From an uncultured Lentisphaeria bacterium (GTDB lineage Bacteria; Verrucomicrobiota; Lentisphaeria; JABSQK01; JAJFLO01), in the NCBI GenBank assembly GCA_951812855.1, contig CATOSW010000001.1, positions 44,148-76,147 of the forward strand: a stretch of DNA of 32,000 bases, written 5' to 3'. A model generated the notes under the pieces. That model was not told the DNA's origin and did no database searches. It saw nothing but the letters and a program-made list of their open reading frames with translations. Both the position numbers and the translations under genes were made by a program. Of this stretch, positions 1 to 9,923 are shown in pieces. Each line of letters starts with the position of its first letter. Position 1 is the stretch's first letter.

Positions 1-167
1 CGCCAATCGAAATGCCCCCCGAAGAACAAAACCGCGATCTGGGATTCATGCTCCATGATATCGAGTTTGATCAAGACCCCAAAACCAAGAAAGTTAAATC
101 CACCCTCCCTCGATTCTTCCAGGCTGAAATGAAAAACGGCGTTATCACCCTCCCGCCCCGTGTGTGA
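1..167 (+). CDS. cas5: Cas5c (Cas5d) C-terminal fragment, type I-C; 5' end lies outside the window
   Basis: Frame open from the window edge (codon phase from nt 3) to TGA at 165-167. It translates to PIEMPPEEQNRDLGFMLHDIEFDQDPKTKKVKSTLPRFFQAEMKNGVITLPPRV*, which resembles the conserved Cas5d C-terminus. It sits directly upstream of cas8c, as in canonical I-C operons. Confidence 0.75.
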   Translation, partial: PIEMPPEEQNRDLGFMLHDIEFDQDPKTKKVKSTLPRFFQAEMKNGVITLPPRV

Positions 168-187
168 GCTGAACTTACTATTGTCCC

Positions 188-2041
188 GTGATTCTCCAAT
201 CCCTCCACCACCTCTACGACCGTCTCAAAGACGACGTGGACTACAATCTGCCCACGCCCGGCTATTCGTTACAAAAGATTACCTTCTGCGTCGTGCTCAA
301 CCCAGACGGGTCTCTTCATGACATCCAGGATGCCCGAGAAACACATACCCAAACACTCAAGTCCGGCACGACAAAGCCCCGGCAAGTCCCAAGGTCGTTG
401 TGCGTGCCCGGGAAAACCAAACCTTCAGGTCAGGCGATCAATCCCTGCACCCTCTGGGACAATTCCGGCTACCTGCTCGGCTACAAAAAGCCAGACAGAG
501 ATCCGGAGAAAGCCAAGAAGGATCGGCTTCGTTCTTTGGAGTCTTTCGACTGTTTCAAGGGACACCATGTATCGCTTGAAAATGAAATCAATGACCCCGC
601 CTTCGGCGTTGTCTGCCGTTTCCTAAAGCACTGGAATCCTGAAAGCATCGAAAAAACTTGGACGGAAAAACTCGATGATTTCGCCGTGACTGGAAACGGC
701 GTCTTCCGTGTTCGGGCGGAGCGGCACTACGTTCACGAGAGCCCCGTCTTCAAGCAGTGGTGGAATCACAGAACCGTACAAACCGAAACGGATGAAGGCA
801 GCCCCACCGGCATTTGTTTGGTAACCGGACAAGAGGCGCCCATCGCCCGGCTCCACGAGCCAGCGATCAAAGGAGTCGCCGGCGCCGCTCCCGGAGGAGC
901 CAAACTAGTCTCATTCAATATCAACGCTTTTGAATCCTACAGCAAAGAACAATCCTTCAACGCCCCGGTCTCTGAAAAAGCCGCCAGTCAATACAGCAAG
1001 GCCCTTTACGCCTTGCTTGACGGCCGTCAAAAAGATCGCCATCGCGTCATCATCGGGGGCACCACCATCGTCTTTTGGAGCGAACGCAAAACCATCACTG
1101 AGTCACTATTTGCCCAGTTTTTCAAAGGGGAGACGCAAACGGCTCATACCGAACGGAACGCAACCGAGGAAAACGAGGCTCTCCGCCAAAAACTCCAAGC
1201 GTTCCTCATGCTGCTACGCCGTGGAGGCGGCTCGTTTGCCGAACTGGGCGACGAGCCCGACACGAAATTCTACCTTCTTGGTCTTTCGGGAAACGTCACT
1301 CGTCTCGTTGTCCGCTTCTGGCACGTCAACAGTATCCGCGAAATAGTCAAACGGCTACGCGCTCATTTCGAGGCGTTGAGGCTCGACCGCCGTCCCAACG
1401 CCAATGACTGGCACCAGCCGGAATTCCCATCTGTCACCCGCCTGCTTGAGCAAACCGCCCGAGACTCCAAAGCGGTCCAGCCGCTTCTCAACGGTCAGCT
1501 GATGCAAGCCATCCTTCACGGCACGCATTATCCCATGACGCTCTACCAAGGCGTCATCAACCGACTTCGTGCCAATGATACCCTAAGCTATCTCAAAGCC
1601 GCCATTATCAAGGCGGTTCTCATCCGTAACTTCAACCAAACCATTGATGTGAGCCTGAATACCGAACGAACCGAACCCGCTTACCTCTTGGGACGGCTCT
1701 TTGCCGCTCTGGAGAAAACTCAAGAAGACGCACTGCCCGGGATCAACTCGGGCATCCGAGAACGCTTCTACAGCAGTGCTTCAGCCACTCCGGCCAGTGT
1801 CTTCCCGCGCATGCTAAGAACCTACCAACATCACCACGCCAAACTTTCGGAAGGGCTCAAGGTGAACAGGGAACGCCTCGTCCAAAGGATCCACGCCCCG
1901 CTTAATGGATATCCCGCGCATTTGAACCTTGAAGAACAGGGGCTTTTCGCCATCGGCTACTACCATCAACGGGAGGATTTCTTCAGAAAAAAAGAAACCA
2001 CCGAAAACCAGCAGCAAACCAAAGGACCGCAGCATGACTAA
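188..2041 (+). CDS. cas8c: Cas8c (Csd1), type I-C large subunit
   Basis: 617-aa ORF with a GTG start. The N-terminus [16 protein letters not shown] is typical of the Csd1 family. Size and position between cas5c and cas7c fit. Its stop overlaps the cas7c start (ATGACTAA, 2034-2041). Confidence 0.9.
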   Translation: MILQSLHHLYDRLKDDVDYNLPTPGYSLQKITFCVVLNPDGSLHDIQDARETHTQTLKSGTTKPRQVPRSLCVPGKTKPSGQAINPCTLWDNSGYLLGYKKPDRDPEKAKKDRLRSLESFDCFKGHHVSLENEINDPAFGVVCRFLKHWNPESIEKTWTEKLDDFAVTGNGVFRVRAERHYVHESPVFKQWWNHRTVQTETDEGSPTGICLVTGQEAPIARLHEPAIKGVAGAAPGGAKLVSFNINAFESYSKEQSFNAPVSEKAASQYSKALYALLDGRQKDRHRVIIGGTTIVFWSERKTITESLFAQFFKGETQTAHTERNATEENEALRQKLQAFLMLLRRGGGSFAELGDEPDTKFYLLGLSGNVTRLVVRFWHVNSIREIVKRLRAHFEALRLDRRPNANDWHQPEFPSVTRLLEQTARDSKAVQPLLNGQLMQAILHGTHYPMTLYQGVINRLRANDTLSYLKAAIIKAVLIRNFNQTIDVSLNTERTEPAYLLGRLFAALEKTQEDALPGINSGIRERFYSSASATPASVFPRMLRTYQHHHAKLSEGLKVNRERLVQRIHAPLNGYPAHLNLEEQGLFAIGYYHQREDFFRKKETTENQQQTKGPQHD

Positions 2042-2894
2042 TCGTTACGACTTCATTTACCTTTTCGACTGTCGGGATGCCAATCCCAATGGCGACCCCG
2101 ACGCTGGCAATCTCCCTCGCCTCGACCCGGAAACCGGCCAAGGTCTGGTCACCGATGTGATGCTCAAACGCAAAATCCGAAACTTCGTACAGCTGACCAA
2201 AAAGAACGAGCCTCCCTACGACATTTACGTCAAGGAAAAGGCCATCCTCAACGAGCAGCACGACAAAGCCTACAAAGCGCTCGAAATCGACGAGGGAAAA
2301 GCCAAGCAACCCGAACGCGATAAAGCGAAAGCATGGATGTGTCAAAATTTCTATGACATCCGTTCCTTCGGAGCGGTGATGACGACCGATATCAACTGTG
2401 GCCAGGTTCGAGGGCCGGTCCAACTTTCCTTCGCCCGGTCCATTGACCGGATTGTTTCCGCTGAGCACGCTGTGACTCGCATGGCTGTGACAACCCAAAA
2501 AGAGGCGGAGAAACAATCCGGCGACAACCGTACCATGGGCCGCAAATTCACCGTGCCATACGCACTCTACCGCGCCCACGGATTCGTTAATCCCTTTCTT
2601 GCCCAGCAAACCGGGTTCTCCGACACCGATCTGGAATTGCTGTTCACCGCCCTTGAAAACGCGTTTCAATTTGACCCGTCCGCCGCTCGACCAGCAGGCA
2701 GCATGAGTCCGAGAAAGTTGACTGTTTTCAAGCATGAAAACCAACTCGGGCAATTGGCGTCACACAAGCTATTCGAGGCTGTGCACGTCAAGAAAAAGAC
2801 CGATGTCGAAGTAGCGCGAGCATTCGAACATTATAATTTCAGTATAGACACCCAGGCTATTCCAGAGGGGATTGAAGTGATCGAGCGACTATGA
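2034..2894 (+). CDS. cas7: Cas7c (Csd2), type I-C backbone subunit
   Basis: ATG at 2034 gives [50 protein letters not shown], the hallmark Csd2 N-terminus. The tracked ORF start at 1929 lies inside cas8c and is unlikely to be used. Confidence 0.92.
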   Translation: MTNRYDFIYLFDCRDANPNGDPDAGNLPRLDPETGQGLVTDVMLKRKIRNFVQLTKKNEPPYDIYVKEKAILNEQHDKAYKALEIDEGKAKQPERDKAKAWMCQNFYDIRSFGAVMTTDINCGQVRGPVQLSFARSIDRIVSAEHAVTRMAVTTQKEAEKQSGDNRTMGRKFTVPYALYRAHGFVNPFLAQQTGFSDTDLELLFTALENAFQFDPSAARPAGSMSPRKLTVFKHENQLGQLASHKLFEAVHVKKKTDVEVARAFEHYNFSIDTQAIPEGIEVIERL

Positions 2895-2898
2895 AACC

Positions 2899-3534
2899 AT
2901 GTTTGATGACGATCAACTCCTGCCTCTATCGGCGGTCCAACACCACCTTTATTGCCCGAGACAAGCGGCCTTGATCCATCTTGAGCAGGTCTGGGCGGAA
3001 AACCGTTTTACGGCGGAAGGCAATCTGCTACACGAAAAAGCGCATATGGGTGAAGACGACTACCCACCGGGAATGCACGTCACTCGAACAATGCCGGTCG
3101 TCTCCCGAACCCTCGGGATTACCGGACAGTGTGACATCGTTGAATTCCATGCTGATGGATTAGTCGTTCCCGTTGAGTACAAGCGAGGGAAGCCCAAGTC
3201 TCATCGAGCGGACGAGGTGCAGCTGTGTGCTCAAGCAACGTGTCTGGAGGAAATGCTCCAAGTTAATATCCCACAAGGCTACATTTTCTACGGTCAGCGC
3301 AAACGCCGAACCTCTGTCACGTTTGACGAAGCACTCCGGTCTCTAACAGCGGACACGTGTAAGGCAATCCATTCGATGTTCGCCTCCCAAAGGACCCCAC
3401 TGGCTTTCTACGAAGCCCGCAAATGCGATCAATGTTCTCTCATTCATCATTGTCAGCCGCATGCGTTGCGCCTTAAGCGGGGTGCCGCCGCATGGTTTAC
3501 AACCGCTCTGGCCGCCCAGAATCCTAGCGACTAA
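2899..3534 (+). CDS. cas4: Cas4 RecB-like exonuclease with Fe-S cysteines
   Basis: 211 aa. It has an N-terminal Cys (HHLYCPRQ), a nuclease core (DIVEF ... VPVEYKRGK) and a C-terminal CDQCSLIHHC cluster. It lies between cas7 and cas1. Confidence 0.92.
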   Translation: MFDDDQLLPLSAVQHHLYCPRQAALIHLEQVWAENRFTAEGNLLHEKAHMGEDDYPPGMHVTRTMPVVSRTLGITGQCDIVEFHADGLVVPVEYKRGKPKSHRADEVQLCAQATCLEEMLQVNIPQGYIFYGQRKRRTSVTFDEALRSLTADTCKAIHSMFASQRTPLAFYEARKCDQCSLIHHCQPHALRLKRGAAAWFTTALAAQNPSD

Positions 3535-3549
3535 ACCATTGGGCGGTGA

Positions 3550-4593
3550 ATGAAAACTCATCTCAACACCCTCTTTGTCACCCTGGAGGGAGCCTATCTG
3601 CACCAGGAAGGTGCCGCCGTGGAAGTGCGTCACGAAGGGAAGGCGAAACTGCGTGTGCCGCTCCATAACCTCGACGGGATAGCAACCTTTGCCTGGGACG
3701 CTTATGCGTCGGCGGCACTCATGTACGCTTGCGCCGAAGCCAACGTGGCACTGACCTTTCATAGCCCTCACGGTAAATTCCTCGCCAGTTCGCATGGTCC
3801 GGTTAGCGGCAATATTCTATTACGGAGGGCACAGTATCGGGTCGCGGACCAGGCGGACCAAGCAATCGGTATTATCCGCAATTTAATCAGTGCCAAGCTC
3901 GCCAACTCCCGAACGCTTCTCCAGCGAACGCTCCGCGACCACGGGGGAAAATCCACTGATCGAATCGACGCGCTTGGAAAGACCGTGGCCTTTCTCTCCT
4001 CCCGTTTGGGACTTCTGCGCCGCGCGGGCTCAGTGGATACTATCCGGGGCATCGAAGGAGACGCCGCCGCCTCTTATTTCAAGATCTTCAACCAACTTAT
4101 AACGCTTCCCTCCCCCGGAGGCATCCGCCTCAATGGCCGGACCCGACGTCCGCCGCTTGATCCGGTGAACGCTCTGCTCTCGTTTGTCTACTCGCTTTTG
4201 GCTCACGACTGCCGGTCGGCACTCGAATCGACTGGGCTGGACCCTCAATGCGGCTTCTTGCACCGGGACCGTCCTGGGCGACCTTCGCTGGCTCTGGACT
4301 TGATGGAAGAAATGCGTCCGGCCATTGCCGACCGAACCGTGTTGACACTGCTCAACCGTCAGCAGGTCAAAGAAACCGACTTTGAAACAAAACAAAACGG
4401 AGCGGTAATTCTAAAGCCAGATTCCCGGAAGCTGGTCCTGCAGTATTGGCAAGAACGCAAACAGACCGAAATCACCCATCCGTTTCTCCAAGAGAAAATC
4501 ACTATTGGTCTTCTGCCCCACATTCAGGCCCGCCTGCTTGCCCGGCATCTGAGAGGGGACCTCGACGCCTATCCCGCATATCTGTCGAAGTAA
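3550..4593 (+). CDS. cas1: Cas1 integrase
   Basis: 347 aa. It shows Cas1-like sequence throughout (MKTHLNTLFVTLEGAYLHQEG ... NALLSFVYSLL ... GFLHRDRPGRPSLALDLMEEMRP) and sits in the adaptation-module position. Confidence 0.95.
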   Translation: MKTHLNTLFVTLEGAYLHQEGAAVEVRHEGKAKLRVPLHNLDGIATFAWDAYASAALMYACAEANVALTFHSPHGKFLASSHGPVSGNILLRRAQYRVADQADQAIGIIRNLISAKLANSRTLLQRTLRDHGGKSTDRIDALGKTVAFLSSRLGLLRRAGSVDTIRGIEGDAAASYFKIFNQLITLPSPGGIRLNGRTRRPPLDPVNALLSFVYSLLAHDCRSALESTGLDPQCGFLHRDRPGRPSLALDLMEEMRPAIADRTVLTLLNRQQVKETDFETKQNGAVILKPDSRKLVLQYWQERKQTEITHPFLQEKITIGLLPHIQARLLARHLRGDLDAYPAYLSK

Positions 4594-4601
4594 CTGGCAC
4601 G

Positions 4602-4892
4602 ATGCATGTCTTAATTGCCTATGACGTCGCAACCTCGACTCTGGAAGGGCAAGCGCGCCTGAGGCGGATTGCCAAGATCTGTTTAGACTACGGGCAGCGG
4701 GTGCAGAATTCGGTGTTTGAATGCAAGGTGGATCCGGCGCAATATGTCGCGCTGAAGAGCCGCCTCCTCACCCAGATGAAGGACGATGAAGATTCGGTTC
4801 GCATTTATAATCTGGGGAAAAACTGGCAAGGGCGAGTCGAACATTTTGGACAAAAGGAACCCTACGACCCGGACGGACCGCTGGTTGTCTAA
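4602..4892 (+). CDS. cas2: Cas2
   Basis: ATG at 4602 gives MHVLIAYDVATSTLEGQARLRRIAKICLDYGQRVQNSVFECKV, the Cas2 ferredoxin-fold signature. The product is 96 aa and lies immediately downstream of cas1. Confidence 0.93.
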   Translation: MHVLIAYDVATSTLEGQARLRRIAKICLDYGQRVQNSVFECKVDPAQYVALKSRLLTQMKDDEDSVRIYNLGKNWQGRVEHFGQKEPYDPDGPLVV

Positions 4893-5023
4893 CCCCCTTC
4901 CGCGAACCCCAAGCGACCAGCGGGGTTTTCCCAGTAAAATACCGTTCATTAACTCGCCCGTTTTCGGGGTTCGCGCAATTTTAAGTGGAACCTTTTGCTG
5001 TGGAACGGGTTAACTGTTACGCA
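4893..5023 (+). promoter_or_regulatory. CRISPR leader
   Basis: 131-bp non-coding stretch between the cas2 stop and the first repeat. It contains AT-richer tracts and a 10-bp inverted repeat, CGCGAACCCC (4901-4910) / GGGGTTCGCG (4966-4975). Confidence 0.6.
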
Positions 5024-5452
5024 GTCGCTCCCTTCACGGGAGCGCGGATTGAAACTGTCGAAGGGGCCTATCCCCTCCATCTGTATACAGGTCGCTCCCT
5101 TCACGGGAGCGCGGATTGAAACCGGCGCGGGACGCCGGCGTCCTCGACAAGGTCCGTCGCTCCCTTCACGGGAGCGCGGATTGAAACCCCGATCCAGAAT
5201 TGATCCAATCGTTTTCGTTTTGTCGCTCCCTTCACGGGAGCGCGGATTGAAACTAGGCTCAGGCCGGTCGATGCCCTCCGGCCAATCGTCGCTCCCTTCA
5301 CGGGAGCGCGGATTGAAACTGGCGGTAGGTTTGATTGCTGCAACCGGGTTCGGGTCGCTCCCTTCACGGGAGCGCGGATTGAAACGCTGATGCCAAGAAA
5401 AGAACGCATCGAGACCGAGAGTCGCTCCCTTCACGGGAGCGCGGATTGAAAC
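5024..5452 (+). CRISPR. Type I-C CRISPR array, 7 identical 32-bp repeats and 6 spacers
   Basis: Repeat GTCGCTCCCTTCACGGGAGCGCGGATTGAAAC starts at 5024, 5091, 5156, 5222, 5288, 5354 and 5421. Spacers are 35, 33, 34, 34, 34 and 35 bp. The repeat has an internal 7-bp stem (CGCTCCC/GGGAGCG) followed by an 11-nt tail, CGGATTGAAAC, as expected for Cas5c processing. Confidence 0.97.
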
Positions 5453-5488
5453 TAATGTTGCATAAACATGATGATCTGACCGTTTCTC

Positions 5489-5520
5489 GTTCCTCCTTTC
5501 ATGCGGACCTTGATCGATCT
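5489..5520 (+). repeat. Probable degenerate terminal CRISPR repeat
   Basis: GTTCCTCCTTTCATGCGGACCTTGATCGATCT matches the repeat at 18 of 32 positions by eye. It lies 36 bp after repeat 7, the expected spacer distance. Trailer-end repeats are commonly degenerate. Confidence 0.4.
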
Positions 5521-5703
5521 GCAGGTGCCGACGGGCGACATAAGAAGGAGACTGAGGAGACAAGGCTAAAAAGGAACGGCCGAGCGAGCAGCAGATTTTT
5601 TCTTTAACCTAGCCGGGCTTCGGAAGCCACTTCAGAAAAGTCCCGCATCGGAATTCGATCTCCATGACGGATTCTTCATATTTCGCACCATTTTGCCAGA
5701 CCA

Positions 5704-6560
5704 CGGGAAGGAATCTTTTATCGCCATCCCCCGGGTCAGGTTCCGCGCGAGCACCGATCGATTTCAAAGCGCGAGGGGTAAAAATTTAAGGAGAAGCTAA
5801 GAACCTAACGCGCCAAAAACAGCGTTTTTGCTGGGGTTTTCTCAAAAAACCGGTTCGCCCAATGTTCCATTCTGAGCGTTCTACTCCTACGATTTTACTT
5901 GAGAGTGCGATTCGTTGTCCTATCCCACTAGGGATGAAGAGACCACAATCGGTGACCGTGAACCAGCTGGCTGAAGACCTGGGATTGTCCATCAAAACCA
6001 TCCACGGACGGCTGAAGCGCAATGGCGTTGACCCTTTGTCTCGTGGGGCCAAAGGGGTCTGCCACTACTCCGCGAAAGCGGCTCGGACGGCCTGTCGGGC
6101 GGTCCACCACAAGCGGCGCTCCCCGGCCAAAACCCCCGAAGAGAAGGATCTGCAAGAGCGCAAGCTCCTGAGGGAGTGCGAGAAACTCGAGTTCGAACTG
6201 GCGGTCAAGCAGGGCGATTATCTGTTAGTCAGCGTCGCGGTGGAGTTCGTCTACGCTGCCATGTCTGTGTTCCGGGACGGCCTGCTAAAAATACCGGCAG
6301 AACTGTCAGATCGGCTAGACCCTCCGCTCAAGGCGGAGTTGAGTCGGCTCATTCGGTCTCGAATCAACGAGTGTGCGACCCAGTTGGATGAGATCGACAG
6401 CGCAAAATAAGGGCCTCGCGCCGCTGGTCGAAGGGGCCAAACGGGCGATTACAGTCGCGCATTGCGACGACATTCTCAGCTGGCTAGATCAAACGCTGTA
6501 TCTGCGCGACTCTCCCTATGGCAACCGCTTCAAGTCGGTGGTGTCGCCGTGGCTTCACGA
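5704..6560. repeat. Left copy of a long inverted repeat (terS upstream region, terS, terL 5' end)
   Basis: The reverse complement aligns with 13880-14820. The outer non-coding roughly 200 bp are near-identical. The coding part is more diverged, with substitutions and indels. Boundaries are approximate and set by eye. Confidence 0.8.
5934..6410 (+). CDS. Phage terminase small subunit (Nu1-like, N-terminal HTH)
   Basis: MKRPQSVTVNQLAEDLGLSIKTIHGRLKRNGV is an HTH, followed by ERKLLRECEKLEFELAVKQGDYL, typical of Nu1-type TerS. It overlaps the start of a GpA-like terL. The tracked upstream ATG at 5862 is less likely. Confidence 0.7.
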   Translation: MKRPQSVTVNQLAEDLGLSIKTIHGRLKRNGVDPLSRGAKGVCHYSAKAARTACRAVHHKRRSPAKTPEEKDLQERKLLRECEKLEFELAVKQGDYLLVSVAVEFVYAAMSVFRDGLLKIPAELSDRLDPPLKAELSRLIRSRINECATQLDEIDSAK

Positions 6561-8164
6561 GCCGTTGCGGTCCCTCACCGATCCGAACGTGCGGGAGATC
6601 TGGATTATGGCCTCGGCTCAGGGCGGCAAAACAATCGCCCTGCTTTCGCACCTGCTCTACTCCTTGGTCCATGACCCGGGGCCAACAATGGTGGTTCTGG
6701 ACACGGACAAAGCGGCGGTCGCCTGGTGGGAGAGCAAGCTCGATCCGACGCTGAAGCATTGTCCGGCCTTGGTCGGCAGGCTGCCGCAAAACCCGGAGCG
6801 CTACAAGAAGTCGGCCATTCTGATGCCGGACGCGACCGTGCGGATCGGTCCGGCCAACAACTCGTTCCTGCGCAGTCATTCGATCCGTTATCTCGCCTGC
6901 GACGAGGTCTCGAAATGGCCGGTCGGCAACATCGCCAACGCCAAAGCTCGCTGTCGCCAGTTTGGGGATCGGAAGATGGTCTTTTGTTCGACGCCGCTGG
7001 ACGTCGACAACGAGTTCACTGTCGGATGGGAATCCGGCAGCCGCGAGTATTGGGCCTTTGGTTGTTTGGGGTGCGGCGAGCCTTTCGCGCCAAAATTCCG
7101 CGAGCACATGCGCTGGGATTCAGGGCCGGAGGTCAAGCCCAACGGCGTCTGGGACATCGTGGGCGCGGCGGCCACGGCGCGCCTGGTTTGTCCTCGGTGT
7201 GGCCACGAACACCCCCACACAGCAGAAACCATCGCTCGGCTCAACGCGGGCGGTCGATACGTGAGCGACCGATCAATCGGAGCGGTGCGGTCGTTCCATT
7301 TCTCCTCACTCGTATTGAGCCCAAAAGTCTGTAGCTGGTCCGAGCTGGTCGCCGAATTCCTGTCCGCGAAGATCAGCGCGGAGATTCGTCCGCCGGCCCT
7401 GCTGAAGGAATTTGTCAACTTGCAGTTGGCCGAACCCTGGGACGACGTCGTCCCGACCGAGGAGAAAATCAGCGTCAGCGATACCCCAGTCCAGAGCCCT
7501 GCTGATTTTGACGGTCGATGTTCAGAAGGACCATTTTTGGGCGCTCGTTCGGGCCTGGTCCAAATCGGGAAACTCCACGCTCATACGCTTTGCACGGGTG
7601 GGGTCCTGGGACGAGGTGGCGTCGGTCGCGACGAGCGAGGGCGTTGAGAACAAATATGTCTTCGCGGACTCGCGATTCGACACCGCGACGGTGGAGATGG
7701 AGTGCGCCCGGCGCGGATGGCGGACCTTGCAAGGCTCCAGTCGAGACTCGTTCAGGTGGACAGCGCCCAAGGGGAGTCCACGCGGGAAATCCAGCGAACG
7801 CTATTACTCGCCTCTCCGCCGCTGCTACGTCGCCCGCTCGCGGGACCGGCGACAAACGGCGGTCATCACCCAGCGCATCGTGTTGGCGAGCAATCCCCTC
7901 AAAACGATGGCACATCGCCTAAGCGTGGGGCGGGGAGGCGTCCGTTGGGAAACCAGCAACCTCGCCTTGGGCCAGTGGCAGGATGACTATCTGCATCAAA
8001 TGAAGGGCGAACAGTTGCGGCGGGTGGGAACGGAGTATGTGTGGAAGAGGATCCACGACAACCACGCCTTCGATTTGGAATACTACCAAGTCGGCCTGGC
8101 TCTGGCGGCGGGCATTAGATTTGACAGCGGAACTCGTGCGGCCAAGGTGAGCGGCGATGGCTAG
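6373..8164 (+). pseudogene. Phage terminase large subunit, lambda GpA-like, interrupted by a +1 frame change near 7440-7500
   Basis: Frame 1 (6373-7647) carries a Walker A motif (ASAQGGKT), a zinc ribbon (CLGCGE ... CPRCGH) and FVNLQLAEPWDD. Frame 2 (7412-8164) carries the nuclease half (LLILTVDVQKDHFWALVRAW ...). Together they reconstruct a GpA-like architecture of about 597 aa. No portal or head genes follow. Confidence 0.8.
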
Positions 8165-8530
8165 AGCAAGACAGGCATGGTAGATCCGGCAAATGCTCGG
8201 GGGCTAAGTACGACTTGCTCTCCCAGGAGCACCAGCTCGTCGAGATTAGCGACATGGCCTTTGGTTTGATTACCCTTGGCTCCGGAGCCTTGCCTTTTTG
8301 TTTCTCCTTCTCCATTGGCGTCTCATGGAGAAAGCCGCTTGTTTATTAAATTCTTAATAATTAAAGACCCGCCCTCCTCAAGCCGTCACAGAAGCGGTTT
8401 CCCTTTGTTTTAGGGCTTTTTTGCTCGAAACCGCCGCTTGAATCACCGCAACGACCACATGACAAAGGGGCTCCTTTGATAGAGGGTGGGGTTCGGAACG
8501 AGGCGGGTCCCCTAGGCCCCCCCTACGGCT

Positions 8531-9214
8531 TCAAAGGCTCGGGACCTTCCCTCGCTTCAGGATACGCCGCACAGAAGATCGCCCGATGTTCAGCTGGCGG
8601 GCGATCGCCGCTTGGCTGTGCCCTTCCTGGTGCAGGGCGGTGATTTGGTCGGCCACCAGAATCACGGTCGCCGGTCGGCCATGGGGACGGCCCGCTTTTC
8701 GCGCCCGGGCGATGCCCGCCCTCACCCGTTCACGCAAAATCTCCCGCTCGAACTCCGCGAACACCGCCAGCAAGCCGGCCATGGCCCGCCCCCCAGGGGT
8801 CGTCAGATCCAAGGCTTCGGTCACCGAGATGAAACCGACCTCCAGGGCGGAGAGTTCCTGCAGCGTTCCCACCAAGTCAGGGAGGGAACGGCCCCATCGG
8901 TCCAGGCGCCAGACCAAGATCGCGTCCACCTCCCGGCGCCGAGCGGCTTTCATCAGCGCTTCCCGTTCGGGCCGGTCAGTTGCTCCGGAGCCGATCTCCG
9001 CGATTTCGGTTACCGATTGCCACTCACGGCTCCGAACGTATCGCCGCAGGGCGTCCAACTGCAGGGGCAATGTCTGCTGGTCATGGGTGGAGACCCGGGC
9101 GTAGAGAGCGGCTCGAACGGGCCTTTGAGCCCCCTGGCCATAAACCTCCGGGCCGGAGGCCGCCAAAAGGGGCCGATTTCCGAGGGTTTCGAGGGCCGGG
9201 GAAGGCATGGCCAA
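8531..9214 (-). CDS. Small serine recombinase (resolvase/invertase family) with C-terminal HTH
   Basis: AALYARVSTHDQ is the catalytic-Ser motif. It also has LVWRLDRWGRS, AEFEREILRERVRAGIARARKAGRPHGRP and a C-terminal HTH (SQAAIARQLNIGRSSVRRILKR). A roughly 30-aa N-terminal extension precedes the core. Confidence 0.9.
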   Translation of the reverse strand: MAMPSPALETLGNRPLLAASGPEVYGQGAQRPVRAALYARVSTHDQQTLPLQLDALRRYVRSREWQSVTEIAEIGSGATDRPEREALMKAARRREVDAILVWRLDRWGRSLPDLVGTLQELSALEVGFISVTEALDLTTPGGRAMAGLLAVFAEFEREILRERVRAGIARARKAGRPHGRPATVILVADQITALHQEGHSQAAIARQLNIGRSSVRRILKRGKVPSL

Positions 9215-9475
9215 AAACTAGTGTTTCAGGCCAGATCCGTCAAATCGACCGTCTCCCGGGAATGGCGATCAGGGATGACGCCCGTTTTCGCGCGAGAATG
9301 CCACTAGGAACGCGCTTGCTTTCAGCGTGATGGATCTTTCATCCATGTGGGGCTATTGCGTTCGCGGGAGATTCCGGAGCGGAGATTCGGCTCCTTTCCT
9401 TAGCTCGCAGGATGGTTGCGCAGGATAGTCGACATCCCATTATCGAGAAGAGCGCGCCGCTTTGCGGGTTACGCC

Positions 9476-9778
9476 CTAGTCTTTAGCACCATTGGCACGC
9501 TTCTGTTCTTCTTCCTCCATCTCTAGTCTTTCAAAAATAAATTGCCGGACTTCTTTCGCCACCTCTCGGAGAACAGCACAGAGGTGCTCGTCCGTGGTGT
9601 AGCGTCGGACCTGGATTTCCACCTCAGAATCTGGCAAAACCGCCCATGACACAATTAGGCCACCGAGATCGCCGGGATCCATTGACAACTCTCGTGCCGC
9701 TCCCTCGACAATCTCAGAAATGGCGACACACCCGCTCCGGGCCATCGACCGACCAATCGAACGAATTGAAGCTCCCAT
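9476..9778 (-). CDS. Hypothetical protein, acidic C-terminus
   Basis: 100-aa ORF with no recognisable motif. An AT palindrome, CAAAAAATGCATGTTTTTG (9802-9820), lies just upstream on its strand. Confidence 0.45.
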   Translation of the reverse strand: MGASIRSIGRSMARSGCVAISEIVEGAARELSMDPGDLGGLIVSWAVLPDSEVEIQVRRYTTDEHLCAVLREVAKEVRQFIFERLEMEEEEQKRANGAKD

Positions 9779-9923
9779 CGCCCCACTATCTCACAACTCT
9801 TCAAAAAATGCATGTTTTTGTGAAAGGACCTCACACGCCGCTCACGCGCCCCGTGAAACGAGAACGCCAAAATCACCTTTGGAAAGATTCTAACTCCTCT
9901 GAAACGTGGCCCCGTAGCTCAAA

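Noticed and set aside
1983-2753. Large antisense or out-of-frame ORFs inside well-supported genes (for example 1983-2753 minus, 6484-7107 minus, 8586-9307 plus, 11741-12472 minus, 17224-17730 minus, 20361-20963 minus, 22116-22748 minus, 29206-29616 minus)
   Set aside because: These are typical shadow ORFs of GC-rich DNA. They overlap genes with strong family signatures and have low-complexity Arg/Gly/Pro-rich translations.
5056-5420. Self-targeting of the adjacent prophage-like island by the array spacers
   Set aside because: Scanning by eye found only matches of 10 nt or less (for example TGGAGGGGAT near 22995, GGCCGGTCG near 6907). These are not meaningful. A proper computational search is needed before any claim.
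4949-5563. Long ORFs on both strands across the CRISPR array (4949-5563 minus, 4995-5390 plus, 5101-5409 minus) with repeating peptides such as FNPRSREGSD and SLPSRERGLK
   Set aside because: The periodic peptide is simply the translation of the 32-bp repeat. These are artefacts of the array, not genes.
8343-8360. AT palindrome TTATTAA-ATTC-TTAATAA about 170 bp beyond the 3' end of the serine recombinase gene, considered as a recombination core site
   Set aside because: No second matching copy was found elsewhere in the window (only an 8-nt GTTTATTA similarity at about 13002). A site-specific recombination role cannot be supported. It may just be a terminator or junction remnant.
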